Below, one piece after another: positions 33,078 to 41,191 of a DNA stretch of 41,191 nt; position 1 is the stretch's first letter, and each line of letters opens with the position of its first letter. The DNA is from Craspedostauros australis (Eukaryota), in NCBI GenBank assembly GCA_030167865.1, contig JALAGF010006086.1:1-41191 (forward strand). The letters run 5' to 3'. A program made the position numbers and the translations under genes. The notes under the pieces are model-generated. The model saw nothing but the letters and a program-made list of their open reading frames with translations. It made no database searches and was not told the origin of the DNA.

Positions 33078-34337
33078 TCCCTTCATGACCCAGGGCCTAT
33101 AGTGAATCCAAATAGCAAAAAAATTTCACGGAATCTTCATTTTAACGTCAACGTTTACACGTAACATATCACTTTCTTGATACCTGAAGAAAGCTTGAGA
33201 GATGGGCGATCCAGCCATGTGTCGCTTTCGGTGGGATTGTTAGGATGATTGTGTCGCAACCAGAGCCTGAACCACCCGTGAATAGTTTTTTGGCTAGCGG
33301 GACTGGCGCGAACCTGTTCAGCAACACGCAGATTGTGGGCGAAATCGCATTGGTTTTTCTGCATATCAAACTCGCAAAACTTGTCGTTGTCTTCTGCTTT
33401 CTGGGATACATTGCCGTCCTCTTCCGGAGGTTATCATCTCCAAGAACGAACAGAAAGATGAGCAGCACTCGACCAGTGTTGGGCGAGGAAACGTCCATGG
33501 GCGTGTACGAAGATCACACACAGGGGCTTCCGGTAAACTGCCGGACATTGAGAGTCGGACATACTGTTCGCGAAGGGAAGAACACTAATGGTCGTGAGTG
33601 CGACGTTATTAGTCATGGTTGTCATGTCCTTTTGACATTCTCGTCGCGACTCGTATCTGAATGGTGTCCATACATNNNNNNNNNNNNNNNNNNNNNNNNN
33701 NNNNNNNNNNNNNNNNNNNNNNNNNGTTATTAGTCATGGTTGTCATGTCCTTTTGACATTCTCGTCGCGACTCGTATCTGAATGGTGTCCATACATGCCT
33801 TGAAATAGGGCACCTTTTCAACACGTGCTCTAAATAGGGCACGCTTTGTTTCACTACATCTGAGAGACACTTCAATCATGCATTGACAATTTGAAACCGT
33901 CGGAGACGACGTCCTCACCACGACTAGATAATTCGCATTCACTACTATTGTCCGTAAATGTACCTTCAATGTTGTCCGTTAGTACGATAGTCCGTTTTGC
34001 TGGAAGCCCCATGATGGGAAGCGACAGCATTGCCGATAGTGCTGCTACTTGAAGGCCACAAATAAAATTACTGGCCTAGAAAGAAACACTCCAAAGACGG
34101 TCAAAAAGATCTTCAGCTTATGCGGATTCCATATCTGCAAAGAAAATTGGGGTATCTACCATGGAAGGTGTTGAAGTAAGATAAAACATAATTTCAGTGG
34201 TTCCCAACGATAGCACTGTAATGAAGGTACCGATTTAGTTGTTTACGTAGGCTGCGGTAGGACAAACGCGTTCAAAATTTAACACGGGCCAAAAAAAAAG
34301 GATATAATGAACGCATTGGGCCTGGGTCATGAAGGGA
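33078..34337. mobile_element. Non-autonomous TIR DNA element (MITE-like), ~1.26 kb, flanked by TA
   Basis: ta|TCCCTTCATGACCCAGG at 33076-33094 is the perfect reverse complement of CCTGGGTCATGAAGGGA|ta at 34321-34339. No convincing internal coding region. Confidence 0.65.
33605..33796. repeat. 71-bp exact direct duplication flanking a 50-N gap (probable scaffolding overlap)
   Basis: 33605-33675 is identical to 33726-33796, with Ns at 33676-33725. Confidence 0.85.
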
Positions 34338-35197
34338 TAGTCGAGTGAGTCTTGATACACGATTGATATTCAGTCACTACAGTCATCGAACCTGACGTAG
34401 GCACTGACATCATCGTATGACGTCAGAGGATTGGTCATTGTGATCCTCGGAATCGAGATTATATTTTAGTCATGGTATGCTGACTTGTCTAGCAAAGCCG
34501 AGTGCACCATTGAGCATGTGGCAACAACATTTAGGATCCAGAACAACATCGTCAGAGGTGATGCATGCACCTCATCGACGTAGACGGATCAACCCATATA
34601 TGATCAAACAGAGATCAAGATTAGGCAAGACCAGGAGAGATGGAGAAAGACCCAAAGGTGAGAATAACACGAGGTATCGTGTAAGTCAACATGCCATCTT
34701 GGGCAATGTTTTAGGAAAGACTGCGAGATAAACCACGAGGTAATCGAGCAGCATGTTAGCAACCGTGCAATAGGCACCATCATTAGAAATAGGAGATCAT
34801 CATCTCATAATCCAAACTCAATCATCAATTGAATACAACCATAACTTAGCAACAACTATCACCAAACACACCGACTTCACCTGACGGATTGATCACCCTG
34901 GCGGAGGAGTAAGTGCAGTGTTTGGTGCCTGTCCTGTGTGTAATTGCTGATTATCACGAGCCACTCAAGAGGACAAAAGTCCCAGCTGAAGGTAAGCGAC
35001 CCAAGGTTGAACTTCAGTAGCCTCTGCCAAAGCAAGCTATAACCGCACTCGCCGACCGAGTACGAGCCTCTCCAAGCCTGCATCAAACTTCAGTGCACAC
35101 CTTCCCAACGAAGTGAAGCCGAGCAAGAGCAAGAGAAGGCAAACAGATTGATCCCCTCGAAGTCCGAAGACTACTCGAGAAGTCCCCGCTATCCATC

Positions 35198-37366
35198 ATG
35201 GCGGAAGAGACAACCTCTGCCACGCTGGAAGAGCTGCAAGCGCAGCTCGAAGCGATCACGGTCGAGAACGCTCGCCTCACACAGGTGACGTTGACGGCCG
35301 AAGCCGCCGCACAAGCGGCGAACGCGGCTGTAGCCACTGCCCAAGCAGCAGCAACAGCCACCACGACCCCAAGCCGTTCCGGTCTCGGACGCAGCCGATC
35401 GGTTGACGCCACACGAACCCGGACGGACCAGTCCTTCCTCAATGACAGCCTCTTCGACATGGGAACACCCATGCCCAAGAAGAGCAGAAAGTCAGGCGAG
35501 GACAGTGACGACGACGACGATGATCTCTCTGGGAAACCAACTGTTCCCATCATGAGAGGTATCCTCAAGCAAGGACGCAACTGGGTACCCTGGACCGCAG
35601 GCGCACCAAACGCGCAGTGGACCGGCCTCCAAGACGAGTCACACACCAGGTGGACCAACTCTCAACAACAGAGAATCTTCCATAATGGTGCTGACTCCAA
35701 CAACCAGACCAAGCAAGAGCAAGGACTCATCGACAAGTTCAAGAAAGGAGGGAACATCCAGCAGTTCATCCGCCTGGTGCGAAACCACATGGCAAGAACT
35801 GGACTCCTCACCATGGCGTACATTGCTGACGACAACGCAGAGTCAGAGATGACTTGCGTTCTGGACTCACCAGCCGCCTTCACTCTTGAAGATGCCACTG
35901 AGCACTTCAACGAGTACCACCTGAAGTGGGATCACTACGACGTCCAGAACAACGAAACAGCCGCAGCGTTCTTCCATGATAGTCTTGATCCAGTCCTCGA
36001 AGACCAGCTCATGAACCGAATCGAGCCGAAGGTCCATGACAACTTCATCACTCTCTTCGTGGCATTTATGAACAGCAACTCGGCCAACTCCTTGGATGAG
36101 CAGGACGCCCTTGCCTCCAAGATCCGCGAAGTCAACTGCAGACGTTTTCCAAACGAGAACGTCGGTCTCATGGCAGTCCACCTTCGTGCTCTTTGCAAGC
36201 GCCTCGACGACGCCGGTCGCTTCGACCTCCGTCTCCTCTGAACCATCCTCGATGCCTTCCTCCAGGCTGGAGGACAGATCCGATCTGGTGAACAGTACCG
36301 ACGTCCTCTCTATGTGATGAAGGATGACCTTGAGGAAATCCTCATGCGTCTTCCCATCTTCACGTACGAGCACGCTCTCCCCGAGCTTGCCGCAAAGGAG
36401 CTCACATGGATGGCAATCTGCAACAAGGCCCAGTCGTCGTACGACAACGAGGTGCGCAGAAATCACTGGCATGCCATCAGGCGTACCAAAGATAGCAACG
36501 TGCCCAGGTACTCGTATGCCAACAACGCCATCCAGAATCCAAGCGCCAACGTTCTCGAGCAACACAAGGGTTTCTCTAAGAATGACGGAAAGAGGAACAG
36601 CACCAGGAAGCCCAAGGAACGCGACGCCAAACGCAACACAGGCCAGAGCTGGACGTCCAAAGCCCCCAAGCCCGGTGAACCACAGCGCAAGCTTGTCAAT
36701 GACAAGACGTTCATGTGGTGCACCAAGTGCCGCCGCTGGCGTCTCTCACACAACACCGAGAGCCACCAGGATAACTTCAAGTTCAAGGCGAAGGCTAAAG
36801 GCAAGCATGTTCCCAAGCAGGACAACCTCTCCATCGATATGGCTGCGTGGACGTGCTTCACAGCCACCTCCAGTCAAGACAAAGACACCTGGTGGTCCCT
36901 CATCTGGAACCTCTTCACCTCCTTCAACTACTTTGGTAGCATCATTGGAATGGTTCTTCTCTTCGCTTCACTCCAAGTCATCACTATCGGAGTAGAGTAT
37001 GGGTGGTACATCGCGGCAGCTAATGCCTGGATGCTCATCGCCATAACTCTACTACTCCACCATACGAACGTTCCACAAAGACCCAACTCAATCAACTCCT
37101 CTGACTTAGCCTATAACAAGGCACAAGTCAAAGAACGGTTCAAGCAAGCGCATAAACGTCCAACACACTTCAATGGGGCTGTGAAACGCAGTCTCTACGA
37201 CCTTGTGATGGAAAGTCTCGACCCAGATGGACCCAAACCCGTAAACGTGTCGAAAGGAAACTCTTCACGAACAAAACGTGTGTGGCATCCCCAGGCTCGG
37301 ACCAAATCTCGCAATCACAGATCAAAACGTCGTCACTGGAATCAATCGAAAAATTCCACTTACTAG
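35198..37366 (+). mobile_element. Ty1/Copia-like (diatom CoDi-type) retrotransposon gag region, with one in-frame stop and truncated before protease/pol
   Basis: ORFs 35198-36241 and 36314-37366 share a frame, separated only by TGA at 36239-36241. N-terminal coiled coil, helical capsid-like region (F.NENV), and WCTKCRRWRLSHNTESH zinc-knuckle variant. No pol motifs follow. Confidence 0.7.
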
Positions 37367-37836
37367 CTGCAGAGAATGTAAAATGGGGTCACGATAGCAC
37401 TAGTTGTAGAGTTTTGGCCCCTTGTTGCCACTGGTTTGCTTGCTTTTGGGAGAAACAGCGATAGTACATTTAGAGTTATTTCGTGTTGTTCCTCCATGAT
37501 CCGTCTTCTACGTCACAGGACGGATTCGACGTCATGCGAAACCACTCACAACACAAGATGTGAGTGCGTCTCGCAGCACGTGGCCCTTGCTCCGCGACAC
37601 AACGTGATGGCTGCGCGGCGCACACCAATCGCGCCGCAACACACATGGACCACGACACAAAAATAACGGTCCTCGTGGCAAAAATCACACCACTCATCAC
37701 AAAACACAAAAAAACTCAAACCCAAACACAACACATCACATCACAATCCTCCATGCCATCAAGCAGACGATGCGCACACAACCATTCGAATCACAGGTGT
37801 GCCTATAACATATACTACTACTACTACGATTTGCAG

Positions 37837-40698
37837 CTACACCTCTGCTGTGTTGGCATCCTGCTCTGCTTTGCTGTGATGCTCGGTCTTGCCAACGAAC
37901 ATGGCNNNNNNNNNNNNNNNNNNNNNNNNNNNNNNNNNNNNNNNNNNNNNNNNNNNNNTGTTGTTGTTGTTGTTGTGAGGCTCAATGATCTCGGCTTTGC
38001 TCTTGCTGGGCGTCTTCTTCTTCTTGCCTTTCTTCTGTTGCTCAGCCTCCTCGTTGGCTTTGGTGGTGACAACGATTTGCTTCTCCAGCAATGGAATGAG
38101 GCTGCTGGTTGTTCGCAGGTTCGTTTTCAGGCACTGNNNNNNNNNNNNNNNNNNNNNNNNNNNNNNNNNNNNNNNNNNNNNNNNNNCGGTCTTGCCAACG
38201 AACATGGCCACTTTGAATGTGTTCATGGTGGGTGCTGCCTCGGCCTTGCTGTTGTTGTTGTTGTTGTTGTTGTGAGGCTCAATGATCTCGGCTTTGCTCT
38301 TGCTGGGCGTCTTCTTCTTCTTGCCTTTCTTCTGTTGCTCAGCCTCCTNNNNNNNNNNNNNNNNNNNNNNNNNNNNNNNNNNNNNNNNNNNNNNNNNNNN
38401 NNNNNNNNNNNNNNNNNNNNNNNNNNNNNNNNNNNNNNNNNNNNNNNNNNNNNNNNNNNNNGCATCATCGTACATACCTTTGATGTCGGGCTTGGCGTAC
38501 TTGAAGCCAGCTGATTTGCCTTTCTTGCCTGTTGCGGTTGGCTTCTTGGTGGTCGTGTTGGTTGCCTCCTCCTCCTCCTCCAACGCGAAGTCCGTGTGAG
38601 ACACGGTAACGCCGATCTCGTTGCCATGCTTGTCAGTTTCAGTGAACGTTTGTTTCCGCACATTCATGCTCAGGCCCTTGCGCTCCGTCACAAATTTGTC
38701 ACCTCCTTTCGCAGCACAAATTGCGTAGGCGATCTGATGGTGGCGAACATACGCGCGCGCGACCTTGTCCAGCCCAAATTGCTCCCAACAGGTTTTGCAA
38801 GCACCCCACAACGCATCAGTGGTGAACATGCGACTCCTGTGGTGCTTACCTTGATGTGCTGACATGTGTTTCGATATTGCTGGGAATATCGCATCGTCTT
38901 TCACATTCGTGATGGGAGAATTTGATGGTTGGAATTGTAGATGCCATCCGCGACTGTCGAACTCCTCGTTGATGAACCTGAGTAGTTCCGTGTCTCTGTG
39001 TGGCCCCAAGCCATCCATCTGGTACCGAATCACCACGTTCTTTCCCGTTTCGGCCTTGATTTTGGTGGCGAGCGAATCCAGTGCGGGGATTTCTTTTTTG
39101 CAGAAGAATTTCTTGAGGCTGTATTTCGGCTTGGGCTTATCAGGTGCACCATCTATTTCCTTGTTGCCTGTGATCTCCAGTGGTTGAAAGTACAGTTCAC
39201 CCTTCTTGCGAGAGATTTTGTTGGGATCAGGAAGGTGCTTGTACTTGGTTGGCGAGACCCAAGTTTGCTTGTACGTGGTCTTCTGCGCTCGGACCATGCG
39301 TCCAACATGTTCGAAGCTGACCCGATACGCCTTTCCTCCTTGCCCAAAGCAGTTGTCTGTTGGAGCGAACGCTGTTGATGCAATTGCCATGGTCTTTTCG
39401 ATGTGGCACTTGTGGTGCACAGCATGCTTCACAGGCTTAACTCCCATTTGGGGCACATGTTTGAGATTCTTCCGAGCGACAATAGAGTAGAACCACTTCT
39501 CATCCATGTGAACAACAACAACTTGTGTATTCTCGAACTGCTCAGCTGATTCCCAGAACACACAGAAGCCCTTGGCCCACCTGTTGCGCTTCACCTTGAT
39601 GTCACCCTTGATCTTGGGGAGCATTGTTGTAGAACGGTAGTTGCTGCCCTCCAATCCCATCACGTATGTTCGAATGGTGTTCGCGCAAACGCATTGGACG
39701 TTGCCGTTTCCTGCTAGTTTGCGTGCAATATCGTCCCACGAGATTGCGCCATTGCATCGTCGCAACACATCCTGGAGCTCAAATTGCAGGAAGGGACCAC
39801 ACTCCAACCACGAATCAGACAGGGATTTTGCGGATGCCAGCTCTTCAGGCAAAGCATGGTCAAAGGCATAGCAGATGTCCTCAGTCGTCAACCGTTGTTG
39901 TGGATGCTTAACCCGCAGTTGTTTCGCAAAGATGGCATGCGGCGTGAAGTATTGCTTTTGCTTCTTGGAGCAGGTGAAGATGGTGCTGCCTGCATCACTG
40001 CGCTTCTTCCGTTCCAGCTTGTTCTGTTGGAATTTCTTGATGTTGCGATCGACGGTGCTAGTGCCAATATCCCATGCGTGGGCGATCAATTTCATGTTGG
40101 CTGGGATCCCACCCAAATTGAAATAGAGAATGATGTAGTTTTGCTGTTCATCTCTGCCAAGTTGTTTCTTTCTATTGGTGGGCTTAGTGTTGGTACGCCC
40201 TCCATCCTTTCGCAGCCATCCTTTTGTTGTTGCGCCTCTCTTCATCTGCTTCGTGAGACAGGCGATTGCTGTTGCCTTCTGCTGCCGCGAGACCTTGAGA
40301 AAAGCTGCGATTTTGGCTTCTTTCGATTCCGTGGTAGTGGGGGATGGTGTGGGGGGCTTAGCCTTGTTGTTGACACGCGTAACAGCGACGGAGTGATGCT
40401 GGGGAGAAAGGAGGGAAGGCTTAGCAAGGCCACCAGCAGTGCGAGTCCGCGCGAAGGTAGCAAGGCTGCGTGGTGTGCAGAGATCCTCACGAACAACGTA
40501 CATTCGGCTCTGCCCCATCACTGGAGGTACCATGACCATTGCCACCTCTCCTGGTGCGAGAGGCCCATCGCGTTGGATGGTAGCGCCATCTGTGGTCTGC
40601 TTCATTGGAAACTGGACATGGCATATGCCCAGATCTTGGATCTTGTCATTTGAGTCCGTGTGGAGTGCCACCTTCACACAATCCCCAGCGCGCAACAT
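37837..40698 (-). mobile_element. IS630/Tc1/mariner-superfamily transposase, plant-mariner-like, DD38D spacing; C-terminus crosses assembly gaps
   Basis: HTH-like IAHAWDIGTSTVDR, then VVHMDEKWFY (D1), IRYQMDGLGPH (D2), QPSNSPITNVKDDAIFPAI (D3). These correspond to the HIDEKWF / QQDNARxH / QPPNSPDxNxLD motifs of DD39D mariners. First ATG at 40698. Confidence 0.85.
37885..38461. repeat. Duplicated low-complexity segments interleaved with three N gaps
   Basis: The segment encoding EAEQQKKGKKKKTPSKSKAEIIEPHNNNNN occurs twice, as does cggtcttgccaacgaacatggc, beside gaps 37906-37958, 38137-38186 and 38349-38461. Confidence 0.8.
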
Positions 40699-41191
40699 GC
40701 TTGTGAGGTGCAGAGTACAGTGATTGCGGGATGATACAACTACGTCCAATGTGGGTGAAGGTTGATAGAACTGTGTTATTGTGTGTTTTTGTTTGAAGTG
40801 ATGATTTACAAAGATAAGTTTGTTGAGATTATGAGCTCATCAATAAGAGCTCATCATCTCCCTGTTTTCTACTTCTTGGCTCCACTAATGGTGCTATTCA
40901 CCATTGTCCATTGTGTTGTAACCATGCCAAACTGCTGGTTACTCCTGCTAATTAGTGTATCTGCGTCCAAACATGTGCTATGACACATGTTTGGAGGTCT
41001 AATAGAGTCTCTTTGATCCTCTTGGATCATCTTCCTAATTTTGTCTTGGGTCTGAAACCCGCATCACATTTTCCGAATTCTATCGAGTAGTTTTCTTGGA
41101 TCTTTCAAATCGAAGTGTGATTGACACAAAGGACTCAAAACTCGAACAACATTTGGATTGATTCAGCACACATGGCCTAACAACAAGGGAA

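Noticed and set aside
33605..33796. Repeat-spacer-repeat pattern superficially like a CRISPR or tandem repeat
   Set aside because: Only two identical copies around an N gap. Best explained as an unmerged contig overlap.
34340..35197. Putative 5' LTR and primer-binding site of the Copia element
   Set aside because: No second LTR copy in the window and no clear tRNA-complementary PBS, so boundaries cannot be supported.
37837..38461. Apparent internal repeats in the transposase C-terminus
   Set aside because: They abut three N gaps, so copy number and frame are unreliable. The true C-terminus cannot be determined.

Overview
Eukaryotic nuclear DNA, most likely from a diatom or related ochrophyte alga. 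This is inferred from GT-AG introns, bipartite signal-peptide/'F' plastid-targeting leaders including a textbook ATA-FAP, and a diatom-type Copia gag motif. Bases ~1.2-30.1 kb form a compact array of 13 genes: an MHS/ProP-like MFS transporter, LYRM2-like protein, unknown membrane protein, UDP-glucuronate decarboxylase, His/Cys-motif putative regulator, tubulin cofactor A, Mediator MED22, then five consecutive predicted plastid-targeted genes (Omp85-like, Cys-type GST, Rubisco-LSMT-like SET methyltransferase, atypical mitochondrial-carrier-family protein, OPR-like repeat protein), and a secreted, probably GPI-anchored Cys-repeat/DOMON-like protein. Five genes carry one intron each, which I reconstructed by hand. 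Bases ~31-41 kb are a transposon island: a degenerate Cys/His ORF fragment, a ~1.26 kb TIR element with TA flanks, a Copia-like gag interrupted by one in-frame TGA, and a large mariner-type transposase with DD38D spacing. Four N gaps there have duplicated flanks. No tRNA, rRNA or CRISPR was recognised. All family calls come from recognising motifs by eye; no database searches were run.
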